In this document: piece by piece, positions 1 through 10,975 of the stretch | Layout of the letters: each line of letters opens with the position of its first letter | Position numbering within the stretch: position 1 is the stretch's first letter | Origin: Andalucia godoyi And28 | Taxonomy: Eukaryota; Protista; Jakobida | Length of the DNA stretch: 64,000 bases | Direction: 5' to 3' | NCBI GenBank assembly: GCA_009859145.1 | Contig: VRVR01000004.1 | Coordinates: 170,677 to 234,676 of the forward strand | Translations under genes and position numbers: made by a program | The notes under the pieces: generated by a model | What the model saw: only the letters and a program-made list of their open reading frames with translations | What the model was told of the DNA's origin: nothing | Database searches by the model: none

Positions 1-3
1 TTT

Positions 4-723
4 GTGGAGGATGGTACTGCGCGCGTACTCCGTGAAATCGTGGACTTCCACAAGGCACAGTCGGTCTTGTACTCTCAGTGGGGCTTCGATGCGCGATCCG
101 AAGTGGCATCGGGGGGCGGCGCGCATGCGATTCGTGCGCTGTTTGCCGGTCCCTCTGGCACTGGAAAGTCTGTCTCGGCCGAAGGAATTGCATTTGAGTT
201 GGGAATTCCTATGAAGCTGATCCATGCTCGTGAGATCATGCATCATGACGTATCGTCATCAACCATTTCGCAGATCTTTGCTAGCGCCCAAGCTTGCGAC
301 GCGCTCGTCCTTATAGAGTCTCTTGAAGAAACGATTGCGAACCCCGCTGCCTTTGGACTGATGATGCACCACATCCGTTCGTATCGTGGCATTGTGGTTG
401 TCTGCGTCGAGAGCGCCAAGGCGCTCGAGGACCGCATTGTCCGGGAATTCCAGTTCATTGTCAAGTTTACGATTCCTGATGCCCGTACTCGTGCGTTGCT
501 GTTCCGGAGCTTTGTTCCCTCCAAGCTGCCTCTCGATGCGGACATGGATTTCGCGCAAGCTGCGAATCTGTTTGCACTGACAGGACTGCAGATCAAGCGC
601 GCTATTATGCGTGCCTCGGCTCGTGCTGCGCTGCGCAAGGCGATTCCGGATCGCGTTGTGCGCATGTCGGATCTTATTCGCGCTTGCCAAGAAGAAATGG
701 AAAACTCCAACATGGGTCGGTGA
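4..723 (+). CDS. AAA+ ATPase, C-terminal part (5' truncated by window); degenerate Walker B
   Basis: Walker A GPSGTGKS preceded by WGF motif; expected hhhhDE replaced by VLIESLEE; AAA lid PDARTRALLF...LTGLQIKRAI. Confidence 0.8.
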   Translation: MEDGTARVLREIVDFHKAQSVLYSQWGFDARSEVASGGGAHAIRALFAGPSGTGKSVSAEGIAFELGIPMKLIHAREIMHHDVSSSTISQIFASAQACDALVLIESLEETIANPAAFGLMMHHIRSYRGIVVVCVESAKALEDRIVREFQFIVKFTIPDARTRALLFRSFVPSKLPLDADMDFAQAANLFALTGLQIKRAIMRASARAALRKAIPDRVVRMSDLIRACQEEMENSNMGR

Positions 724-860
724 AAAACATCCTTTTTTTGTTCTGGGAGGGTGGAGAGATGTTGTTTTTGCTGTTGAATAAAAAGCTCACTGCATGTCTT
801 GTTATATAGGCTCGTTTAATGGTCCACTACTTTCTTCTTTGCATCTTCATGCGAATGGCT

Positions 861-2244
861 TCAACTTCTCCATTCAAAAATGACGACTCGGCTGTCTCCG
901 AAACTTGCTGCCAGGCGTTCGCCACTTGGACTGAAGCACACATCAAACGCCGGAGAATCGCTGGAAAATGACTTGACAATCTTCTGGTCTCTAACGGACC
1001 ACACGAAAATGCGGCCATCTGCAGAAGCACTCGCAAAGTACGTGCCATCCGGACTAAAAGCAGCAGCAGAAATCCCCTCCTTGTGTTCCCTAAGTTGCCC
1101 GACGCAGAGTCCCGACGTGATGTCCCATAGCCTGAGTTGGCCATCACTGGAACCACTGAGAAGGAGGTTTGGTTGCCTTGGAGACCATCGGATGACAAAC
1201 ACAGCATCCGTGTGGCCAGTCAAATTGTACACCGGCGACAAAGCCGATGGATTTGCAACATTCCAGATCTTGATTGTTCTGTCATCGGAACACGAAGCCA
1301 GCAGCTCTCCCGACGAGGAAAATCGCACCGAGTTCACATCGTGCTCATGTCCTTCAAATACACGGACTGGCAATCCTGGTGTGCCCATCTCCAGGTCAAA
1401 CACACGCACGAGCCGATCCACACAGGATGTCGCAAACATGGTGTTGTCTCTCCAATCAATGTCTAGAACTGGCAAACCATGTGGATACTGTCGATACACG
1501 GAATTTGTGGCAGGGTTCCAAACCAACGCCGTCTTGTCTTTTGCAACGGAAGCGACATATACACCAGATCGATTCCATTTTGCATTGAAAACACAACCTC
1601 TATGACCATTGAACTGCTGCACAAGTTGTCCGTCAGCAGATCTCCAAATTCGCAACACACCATCCATGGAGCCCGTCAGCAACAGCTGTCCATCCGGAGA
1701 AAATTCGAGCGCTGTGACGTCCTTGGTGTCGTGAGGAAGGACGATTGATCGATCCGGGTTGAAGGACCAAAGACGTGCTGTGCAGTCCCCCGAGCCCGAC
1801 GCAAGCATATTCGCGACAGGGTTCCATCGAACAATAGGTACTTCTCCTTGGTGTCCTCTAAGAGTCGTAACCTCGGAATCCGCAAACAGGGTAGATGGGA
1901 TGCCATTTTGCTGTGATTGAAATGCCGAAGCCAAAGATGCGACAGCAGGAGTACCTGGAGCCGAGGCAGTCACATGACCACTTAGATCTCCATTCAAGTG
2001 CAATTGCGAAGCGAGTGCGTTGTTCCCCGAAAAAGAAGACGACGGAAAAACAGGACCAGATGTTCTGGATGATGAAACTGCCGACGAAGAAGAAACTGGC
2101 TGATTAAATGATTGCTGCGACTGCGTCTCCGTGGTTGGAGATTCGTCAAGATCCATGCTCATTGCAGTCGGCTTTCGATCCGACCTCGATGGAAGTGGAC
2201 CGTTTCCAATGCCTGATTGAGCAGAACTGCTTACTATTTGCAGG

Positions 2245-2285
<41 letters not shown>

Positions 2286-2555
2286 TAATTGCTGCTGTTG
2301 CTGTTGCTGTTGCTGTTGTAATTGTTGTTGTTGCTGCTGCTGAAGCTGCGCAAGATGTTCCTTCTTGTTTCTTTGAAGAATTGCGGGAGCCAGTAGCTCG
2401 TAAGGCCTCTTATACAAAACTTCTCCACCATCCTAGTGAATACAAATTTAAATTTAAAAATTAACAGTAAAAACAATTAGATAAAAAACCATCGACAAAC
2501 AAAAACAGCACACTAGAAGCAAGACCGGAAGAAAGAGAGAGAGAGAGAGAGATGG

Positions 2556-2596
<41 letters not shown>

Positions 2597-2997
2597 GAGA
2601 GAGAGAGAAGAAAAAAGCATACTTCATCCGCCAGAGAAGCTTCGATTTCCAAGTATTGAATGCCTTTTTGGATAAAAGATATCAGTGCACCTGGAGGAAC
2701 ATCCTGTGTGTTGATGCTCGATCTGTAAATGAGAGATTCCGACCCAAACGTGAATGCCGAGTGTGAAAATCCTAAAAGAGGAGAACGCAAATGAACAAAT
2801 AAACGAATGAAAGAAGGAAAGAACAAAGAAGAACGTCAGTCAATGCGCGGAATGGAAGCCAGGATAAGAAAAAGAATGATGGGAAAACAACGATGATGAC
2901 GATGGTGATGATGAGAATGGAGTGTGGTGAATGACATACCTGATTCTTGGAGGTATCTGTATACGAGGTAGTTAACCTCTTCTGATGTGAGCGACAT
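861..2997 (-). CDS. TBL1: TBL1/TBL1XR1-like LisH + WD40 corepressor subunit, 3 exons (2997-2940, 2771-2623, 2432-861)
   Basis: Spliced N-terminus [32 protein letters not shown]...[20 protein letters not shown] is the TBL1 LisH domain; GT-AG introns keep the frame; polyQ linker; WD40 repeats. Confidence 0.93.
2531..2609. repeat. (GA)n microsatellite in TBL1 intron
   Basis: Interrupted gagaga tract seen directly. Confidence 0.9.
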
Positions 2998-3389
2998 AGT
3001 CCGAACACGGAAATACGCCGTGAGTCAATAAAAGATAGTAAGGAAAACTTCCAAATACTTTTAAAAAAATAACAAATAAACTATAAACAATACGAAAAAA
3101 ACCAAAAACAAAACAGCAGTGAAGAATAGACCTTATGGGAGAGAAAGGCGCCAATGACCCTTAGTAGGTCATGCACCGTCGAGTTAGTCCTTACCCAAGG
3201 AGTCTGTATGGAGATTTACAGTCGTTTTTGCTGTCTTCACTTTTTCAATTTTTTTTTTCCCGAAATCTCTTTTATGGTACAAAGTTCCCAAGCAATGCTC
3301 ACACACTCACACACTCACACACTCACACATATCAACACCTGCAATAGTCACAAAATAATAAATAAGAAAGGGGAGAAACTGCACACAGT

Positions 3390-4343
3390 TTAGCACATGT
3401 GAATGAGATCGCAACCATGTTCGGCGCAATCAAAATGATCGCAGACACCTTTGACCGCTTCTTCTGCAATGAATCCACAGGCCTCTGCAAATGCTCCAAG
3501 TTCCGAGCAAGCTGCATCTGACCCGTATCCGACAAGCTTGTCAATCGCCCAGTCGAGCGCCTTCTTGCACAGACCACACTTGATATCACCGAAAATACTC
3601 TGCATGTGTACTGCAGAATCGAACGACGACGACGACGACGATGACGAGCCAGTGCACAGGAACTTCGTCTTGGAAGCATCCAGCGGCTGCAGAGGTCCCG
3701 CGAATCGGTAGATCTTGTTATCGATTTCCACGGCACACAAGGCTCCGGTTTGGACATTGAACGCAAAGTAAAAGATGGACCCATCTGCACGAACAGCCTG
3801 GAATCTCAAGCACACGGCTCCGGATGCATCAGTCTGTGTGCCTGCTTCCTGCTTTGAAGTGTACATAAAGCTGTGTTGGATGGTGGAAGTCAGTGGGAAT
3901 CCCTGGCAAAACGCACTTCCCTCGTTAATTTCCATCATCAACGTGCTGTAGCTTCGAACAATGTCTGCAGTCTTGCTTGCGCCTGTGGCAGCATTTACGA
4001 ATGACCAAGTCACGGTGTCCATCTGCTGCGCACCATCATGGTGCCAATCAACAGTGTCCACAGCACCGTTCAGCCGCGTCACCTGGACTCCGTACGCCGA
4101 AAACTGGTTCGGGAGAGCAGCGTTCTGATTCGTGTTCGAGTTCGATGAAGACGTAGACGAGCAGTTTTCATGGCAGTCCTTCTGTAGCTTCACATACGCA
4201 ACAATAAATGCAATCGACAGAATTCCAAGAGCTGCGGAAAGCGCGGAAAGAGACAAGACCGTCGCGCGCTTGGCGGACTTGGGCTTCTGCGGAGCCACAG
4301 CAGACAGAAAGGGTTCGGCTATGGTGTCGGGAGTAGCCTGCAT
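3390..4343 (-). CDS. Membrane-anchored protein with C-terminal saposin-like domain
   Basis: Start MQATPDT; hydrophobic segment VLSLSALSAALGILSIAFIVAYV; C-terminal CGLCKKALDWAIDKL...C...C...C...C...C...C with saposin-like CxxC start. Confidence 0.7.
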   Translation of the reverse strand: MQATPDTIAEPFLSAVAPQKPKSAKRATVLSLSALSAALGILSIAFIVAYVKLQKDCHENCSSTSSSNSNTNQNAALPNQFSAYGVQVTRLNGAVDTVDWHHDGAQQMDTVTWSFVNAATGASKTADIVRSYSTLMMEINEGSAFCQGFPLTSTIQHSFMYTSKQEAGTQTDASGAVCLRFQAVRADGSIFYFAFNVQTGALCAVEIDNKIYRFAGPLQPLDASKTKFLCTGSSSSSSSSFDSAVHMQSIFGDIKCGLCKKALDWAIDKLVGYGSDAACSELGAFAEACGFIAEEAVKGVCDHFDCAEHGCDLIHMC

Positions 4344-4749
4344 CGAACACCGGGGATTAGAAGGGAATAATAAACACGAGTGAACGATAAAATTAAAGTT
4401 ATAAAAAACACAGTGTATATGACAAAACAAAATAAAAAATAGAATAGAATAGACCACACAACGGAAAACGAAGCGGGTCCAACACTGAAAGAGAGTGCGA
4501 AGCTTCGTTGTAAAAAACATTCAAGCATTTTCTTGATGGCGGAGCAGTGGGCCGCTGCCACTTTCTGCGATACCCGGATTCTTGGGAAGCGGACCAATTT
4601 TCCCAATCAGTGAAACCCTGTCCCTTTTCAACTGAAACTTTGGGCTACAGTCGCTTTTTCCCGCCAACCGAGGGTGCGGAATGATAAAGCAATCTAAAAG
4701 CGCACGAAAACAAAAACACTGCTACGCACCATGCGCATGCGTTGGTTAT

Positions 4750-4911
4750 CTTGACAACTCCGTCACACGATGCCCGATTCGTTTCGCCCCGTTTTGATCA
4801 TGAAATCCCTATAAACACGCCGCCGCGTTGCATTACGCATGTTGTTGGGTTGCAACAGCGATTATGGGTGATCAGCGATGAGTATCCGTGGATTAGTGTA
4901 CAGTGTAGGCG
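4750..4911 (+). mobile_element. Non-autonomous (MITE-like) IS607/Fanzor2 derivative: fused left and right ends
   Basis: 4755-4834 is near-identical to 22456-22537 and 4837-4891 is near-identical to 23364-23418; weaker similarity continues to aggcg (4911/23437). Confidence 0.85.
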
Positions 4912-5420
4912 CCCTCCCCGGTCGCTCGCCTATTATTTTGTTGGCTTTCTCACTTTTTTTCTTACACACTGCCTTTGGAGGGATGCTGGACGGCCTGTGC
5001 TCATGCTTGCACAGCTCGCGTCAGGCGCTTCCTCGCACCAAATGCTGACTTGGACGTCCAAGTAACCTTTTTCTTTGTTGGTTCTTTTTACGTTTGCTGG
5101 GAAATTACACAAAGCGAATAATGAGATGACGGGGACGGGGGGGGTGAAACGAATGGATAACAGATAATGAGCTGGTAGAGGAGCTCAGGGAGGGGAGTTT
5201 CGAACGCGACACATATAAAAAAAAGAAACCATTGTTGCTCGGATTCTGCATGGCTTCTCTTGACTTTTCTTCTTTCTTTCAAATTCTTCTTCTTCGTCTT
5301 CTTGCTGCTCTTCTTCTTCAGGGATTTGTTTGTTCTTTCTTCGTCTGTTGCTGCAAACAGATCTGGAATGAGCTGGACCTCGTGCAACTTCCAAGAGCGC
5401 ATACAAAATCCCGCCGGGAA

Positions 5421-6757
5421 TTACTCCTGAACGACGACTGACCAGGGAGACGGCTTTCTTCCATACTGAATGTCCATGATCTTGTTCGCAAGCAGGCTGG
5501 TGAACTTCCCAGCATTCAGCTTCTCGTCAATTGGAACAATATAGTCCTTTCCGGCAAAGTGGATTCCCTTGACTGGCGAAACAATGGCAGCGGTACCTGC
5601 ACCAAAGCACTCTTCAACACGGCCTTCGTCGATGGCCTTCGTCAGATCTGCGATTGTGAACAGCCGCTCGGAAACCTTCATTTCGTCCGCATGTTCCTTG
5701 CGTGCAAGCGCCAAGATGGAGTCACGCACAACTCCAGGAAGAATCGTTCCGTCGTCCAATGGGGCAGTAACAAGCTCGCGCTCGCCCTTTTCATTCTTCC
5801 AAAGCACGAAGAAGTTCATTGTTCCCACTTCCGACACATACTGGCGGTCGCCGTACAACCACAAAACTTGCGCAAAGCCCTTTGAAGCAGCCTGCTTCTG
5901 CGGCATGATCGTTCCGCCATAGTTGCCTCCAATCTTGTATCCTCCAGTGCCGCCAACGCACGCTCGCACATTCTTGTCATCGGCGAACAGTCGAACCGGA
6001 TTAAATCCCTCCTTGTAGTACGGGCCCACAGGAGAAAGAATGATGAACAGCTTGGCAGCTTGCGGCGATCCAACTCCAAGAGTTGTGTCAGTTGAAATGC
6101 AAGTTGGGCGAATATACAGGGAATATCCTCGCGCTTTGGGAATCCACGACTTCTCGAGGACCAAAAGCTTCTTCAGCGATTCCAGCAGTTCCTTTCCATC
6201 AAACGTGGGAAGCGACAACCGAGCACAGGATGAAATCATGCGCTCCATGTTCTTTTCAGGACGGAACAAGCGGATTTGGTTCTGATCGTCCACGTACGCC
6301 TTCAAACCTTCAAAGCACTGCAGTGCATAATGCAGCGACGACGAAGCAGGAGAGATCGACAGGTTGTGGTACGGTACAATGCGAGGTGCACCCCAACCAC
6401 CGGCCGCAGTCCAGTCCACTTCCAGCATATGGTCAGAGAAGGTTCGGCCAAAAACTAGGCTTTCATACTCGGGATGCGGCTTTGGCGAAGCAGTCTTTTC
6501 GATTTGCAGTTCTTTTGCCTACATTGTTGTATTAAACGAATAAAAAGACATAAAAGATATATAAAAGAGAAGGACAGCGCGTCGTTAGGATCAGGATGGA
6601 GGTGGAAAAGGCACGAGGTTGGGAGGAGCGGGAAGGGCAAACAAAAACAATACATGGAGACACATACGAAAAACGTTGCGGAAGATCCAAAAAGGCGGAC
6701 TGGCAAGGCATGAATTCGCAAAGCAGACTTTGCGAGGGATCGGTTCAGTGAAAACAT
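5421..6757 (-). CDS. BCAT: Branched-chain amino acid aminotransferase, mitochondrial; 2 exons (6757-6668, 6518-5421)
   Basis: LVFGRTFSDHML, LHYALQCFEGLKAY, YKIGGNY (PLP lysine), EVGTMN, ILPGVVRDS, FGAGTAA; N-terminal presequence-like exon. Confidence 0.95.
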
Positions 6758-7114
6758 ATCCGGGATGAAATTCAGAGGATGGAAAGAGGGCGGTTTCAAA
6801 GATCAGCACTCAGGAGATGAATGAATACTCTAAAAAAAACCACACAAAATGGAATGTCAGAGAAGAATTTGGAAAGAGAAGAAACGAAATGGCGAAACTG
6901 TGTGAAACGGCGATAATTCCAGGAAGGCGTCCAAGTTGACTTCTGGGAAGACAACGAGCGTTGTACGGTGGTGGGGGGACGGGGGAGTTTGGGGTGACTA
7001 CACCGGATACCGGCGATATCGGAAAGTGTTGGTCATCACTCGTCAGTCAATGGAAAGACGAACGGACAGCAGGGTGCGCACGGTGGTGAAATAAAAATGG
7101 AAGGTTTAAATTAC

Positions 7115-8724
7115 CTAAGTGCGAGTCAGCTCGAAGGAAGCGGCAAGGCCTTCTGGTTGGAGGTCCTTGGAAGCAAAGGCCATGACTTTGTAGCTCTTGC
7201 CCATTTGCTCTGGATCAAGAAGCCGTACATATGACTCATAGAGGTCTGCTGCGTCCTTTTCGGACATTGTCTGCAGGAGACTCGTCGCGCGAGCCTCGAT
7301 CCCCAATCGCAGCAGAAAGTCGCGCTGCCACACTGAGCCGAAAGTTGAGACATCCGCCTTGGACGCTGCTGCTGCAAACCGCAAAGACTGGAAGTCCACC
7401 CAGGCACTCAGATCTGCTGAACCAGGATTGTCAAACAGGTCGACAAACTTGTGCTTTCGAATCGCCATCAGCGAATCTGTGAGTGGATGATCTTCGCCAT
7501 AGTCGATGATCAGAGCTGCTCCTCGGTGCTGACCAATTCTCTTTGCAAAATCCTGGGCAATGGAAACTCCAGCAGGACACACTTCGACTGCATCGCCTTC
7601 TTTTGCTTGTTTTCTCGCAAGGTCCCGTGCCCGGCGCATCAGCATCACCACAGCGGGTGTAGCACCTTGGGAGACGACACGCCGGAAGTGGTACGGAGTT
7701 TGGAGCGAATTGTCAATATCCACCAGCCGCTCGCACCATTGCCCTCGGACAACTTGGAACTGGTACACGGGAAGTGCATCAAAGAACTCGTGGGCTAGAA
7801 TGAGCGTCGGCCCATCCGGAATCGTCTCCAATGTATCATGCCATGAAACAGGTACGGATGCGATCGTGACGGAATCGCCCGGCCGCCGGGGCCCCATCAC
7901 AGGTAATGCAGAATTTGCCTCGGAATGTGCAGACTCGGTCTTGAGCATCATCAGTGTATCGAACGAATCGCGATCGAGGGTCCTGAGCAGCGTGCAGTAT
8001 TGCATGTCTTTCAGAAAAGGAGAGGCGTCCACGAGATGAATCGAGATCGACTCGCGCGCACCTGGGAACTGCGTCATCGTTCGGGCAACGTCCGCCATGA
8101 GCGTCCCTCGTCCAGGGCCAAACTCGACAATTCGCATCTTGGACGGTTTTCCAAGCTGCATCCACAAAGAGACACACCATATTCCAACCATTTCTCCAAA
8201 CAATTGCGAGATTTCGGGAGATGTAGTAAAATCCCCTTCTTTTCCAAACACATCCCGGTTCATGTAATACCCGTACCTTGGATTCGTCAGCGCTTCTCGC
8301 ATGTACTCTGCTACTGGAATCGGCCCTCGAACACGGATGCGATCCTTGAGATATCGCGCAAAATCTGATTCCGGTTGTTTTACTTTGGCCAGCTCTACTG
8401 GATCCAATTCTGTTTATTCGACATTTTTAAAAGAAAGGCAGCGGGCAGGGGGGGGATGTAAGAAGAACGGACAATGCAAAAACATACATTCGCAGCACTG
8501 CACATCTGCGTATAAGAGGAGCAACTAGAGATGGCTAGCTACCACAAACAAAACAGAATGAAAGAAAAGCAACGAGTTATGCAGAACATACGCGGAGCCC
8601 ACTGAAACAGCCCACTCCGATCGATCGAGAGAGACTTTTGGTCATTTGAGAAACAGCGAGCTAGAACTGGCTTTCGCAGCGCACAGTTCTTGCGTAATAC
8701 ATGCCCAAATCGCGTGCAGATCAT
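7115..8724 (-). CDS. NDUFAF7: NDUFAF7/MidA SAM-dependent arginine methyltransferase; 2 exons (8724-8592, 8409-7115)
   Basis: GYYMNRDVFGKEGDFTTSPEISQLFGE, VEFGPGRGTL, AHEFFDALP, IDYG, PGSADLSAWVDF; exon 1 presequence-like. Confidence 0.93.
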
Positions 8725-9062
8725 ACGTTGTCCAAGCACAACACGGACGCCGAGCTTTTTGAGAGTTCCCGAAAGAAAAGACACCGTGAACACCCGTGCG
8801 AAACAACCCAGGCTGAACACGGTCGGAAAACCTCAAGCCATTGAATAATAACACGTCATTGTCATGCGTATGGAAGTAGGCATAAACAGACACGGTCAAA
8901 ACTGGCCGACACGAGCACGTTTGTTTCACAGGGAATCCGTGCTTACGCACGCTCGGCCAAAATTCAGCCGGTGACGCAGGCTCCGCATTTTCGACACTCT
9001 TTAACGCAGCATCCGTAGCCATCTGTTCTATCATTCGTTGGTTTCACTTTATTAATTCAAAT

Positions 9063-9416
9063 ATGGATGTGAGTGCGCTCGGATGACGCATTCGCCTACG
9101 CCTACGCCGCCCGATACAGGGTCTCCTAGGTCCCGCAGACCTCCTAAGAGACCACGTGTCACTACGCCTACCGCCTCTTCCTCTCGTATCTCCAGGTGCA
9201 TCAATCGCCCCTGCTGCTAGGGCCGCCAGACTCAAAATGCACCCTTCTCAGGAACAACGTGCCATGCTGAGAAAGTGGCTCACCGATTGATCGAGATTGG
9301 GAACGGAGCGCGGAACATCTATCTGAAGAGCGCCGTGAGGCGTGTTGGGGGCCGATCCCCTTCCAGGCAACGGGATGCAAGATTGAATATGCATGTCTAT
9401 TCGTAGATATGCATGC
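9063..9416 (+). pseudogene. Fanzor2/IS607-TnpB relic with large internal deletion
   Basis: PAARAARLKMHPSQEQRAMLRKWL (9210-9281) joined to IDRDW-g-NGARNIYLK (9286-~9329), then gcgtgttgggggccgatccccttcc matching 23327-23350 and a 3' hairpin. Confidence 0.8.
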
Positions 9417-9664
9417 TCAGTGCATAATGTACGCGCAAAGTCTACAACCTCCTCTCTGCAAGTTGCAACACGCAAAAACAAAAGCAGTTTCTGTTGCTGT
9501 TTGTGAATTTTTAATATTATTTTTTGCCACCTGTGGTTTGTGTGTGTGTTTTTATTTTTTATTAAACTTTAATTTGTTTTACATTTCTTTTTTCTTTTTA
9601 TTTTATTGCCCTGACTCCTTTCATAGTTCGGGAGGTTGAATTGAAAAAGAAGAAATAGGTGCGA

Positions 9665-10975
9665 ATGTTCGGCAGGAGAATATTATTAGCTGGAGGCTGC
9701 CGCGGTGTTTTCCACGCAGGCTGGAGATCTTCGAGGCCGTTTTCGAGGATGCTGGCTTCAGATCCAGTGAATGGAGGAGACCGGGACGTGGCATCACTTT
9801 TCCGGCCGTTGTTTGCCAAGCGTGCGTCACCGACTCGTAGTCGTGGTGATGACGGCGGACAAAAGCCCGAGGGTGATGTGGAAGATGTTCCATACTTTAC
9901 AAAGGAAGAGCTGCAAAAGGGAAATCTGACGACTTCAGACTATATCGCATTTTCGCAAGGATTACTAACTGCGGAAGATCTGGAAAATGCTCGGTATGCT
10001 GCACAGGTTGATCTGCATGCTGCTCACGGACTATCGATGCTGAGTTTGGCGGATCCGGTTGCGGAAGAGATGCACAAGGACACGGAGTTTGTGGCCAAGC
10101 TGACGAGCCTCGCGATGGAGTCTCGGGAGTTTTTGCTTTCAGCGTCTGCGCAGAACTTGTCGGATCAGCTCGAGGGCCATGTAAAGAGAGATGATGCGCT
10201 GTTGCAAAAGCTGAAAAGCACGGTATCCGAGTTCCAGGGGTTGTTTAGAGACGGGTTAGAGCGCGCGCAGTTGGAAGATCTGATGCTGTCTGTTGAGCAA
10301 AGACTAGAGTTTGTGAACACTCGTTTCATCGGGGGCCATTTCCTCTCGCGACATCCAATGACTGTGTATCCTTCGTTTATCAACAAGATTCGAAACTGGG
10401 TGTTTCTGATGATGTTTCGGACACGGTCAAAGTCCCTTTTTGAACAAGACGAGTTTCTGGAAGGAACCCGAATTGCATATCCAAGATTGTGCGAACTGAT
10501 GACACGTCGAGATCTCACAGCACTCGGCCGCCTTTGCAACCCGACTGCTCGACTGGCAATTATCTCAAAATGTGTGCGAGAGGACGTGGCGAATCGGAGA
10601 ATGGTCAATGAGATCGTCAAGATTCACGACAACTTTATCCACTCTGCGGGAATCCACACACTGCGTACTCGCACTCCAGCAGAACGCGAGGCTGCCACTG
10701 CAGCGGAGCGTGAACAAGAGTACGAGCACGAGCAAGAGTACGGTGACCAAGGAACTGTACACATGGGCATAGGAGTCACCTTTGTTGCCGCCGAAAAATG
10801 CTTTGTTGTACATGCGGATACGGGGCTCCCTACGAAGGATCCGACTTGTGCTGGGATTCATACACTCCATCGAGTATGGGCGTTCGATTGTGAATTCGAT
10901 CTTACCGATCCTGCGCCGTTTGAAAATAGTCAATACAAGTGGAAGTTTGGGGGCCCGAAAATCGACTCGGACTAG
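9665..10975 (+). CDS. Mitochondrial protein with C-terminal Tim44-like domain (MAIP1/Mba1-like)
   Basis: Arg-rich presequence MFGRRILLAGGCRGVF; FEQDEFLEGTRIAY...RRDLTALGRLC and VWAF...WKF resemble the Tim44 fold. Confidence 0.6.
   Translation: MFGRRILLAGGCRGVFHAGWRSSRPFSRMLASDPVNGGDRDVASLFRPLFAKRASPTRSRGDDGGQKPEGDVEDVPYFTKEELQKGNLTTSDYIAFSQGLLTAEDLENARYAAQVDLHAAHGLSMLSLADPVAEEMHKDTEFVAKLTSLAMESREFLLSASAQNLSDQLEGHVKRDDALLQKLKSTVSEFQGLFRDGLERAQLEDLMLSVEQRLEFVNTRFIGGHFLSRHPMTVYPSFINKIRNWVFLMMFRTRSKSLFEQDEFLEGTRIAYPRLCELMTRRDLTALGRLCNPTARLAIISKCVREDVANRRMVNEIVKIHDNFIHSAGIHTLRTRTPAEREAATAAEREQEYEHEQEYGDQGTVHMGIGVTFVAAEKCFVVHADTGLPTKDPTCAGIHTLHRVWAFDCEFDLTDPAPFENSQYKWKFGGPKIDSD

Noticed and set aside
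8642-9034. 130-aa minus-strand ORF next to the Fanzor relic as a possible TnpA
   Set aside because: No serine recombinase or HTH motifs; overlaps NDUFAF7 exon 1 in another frame
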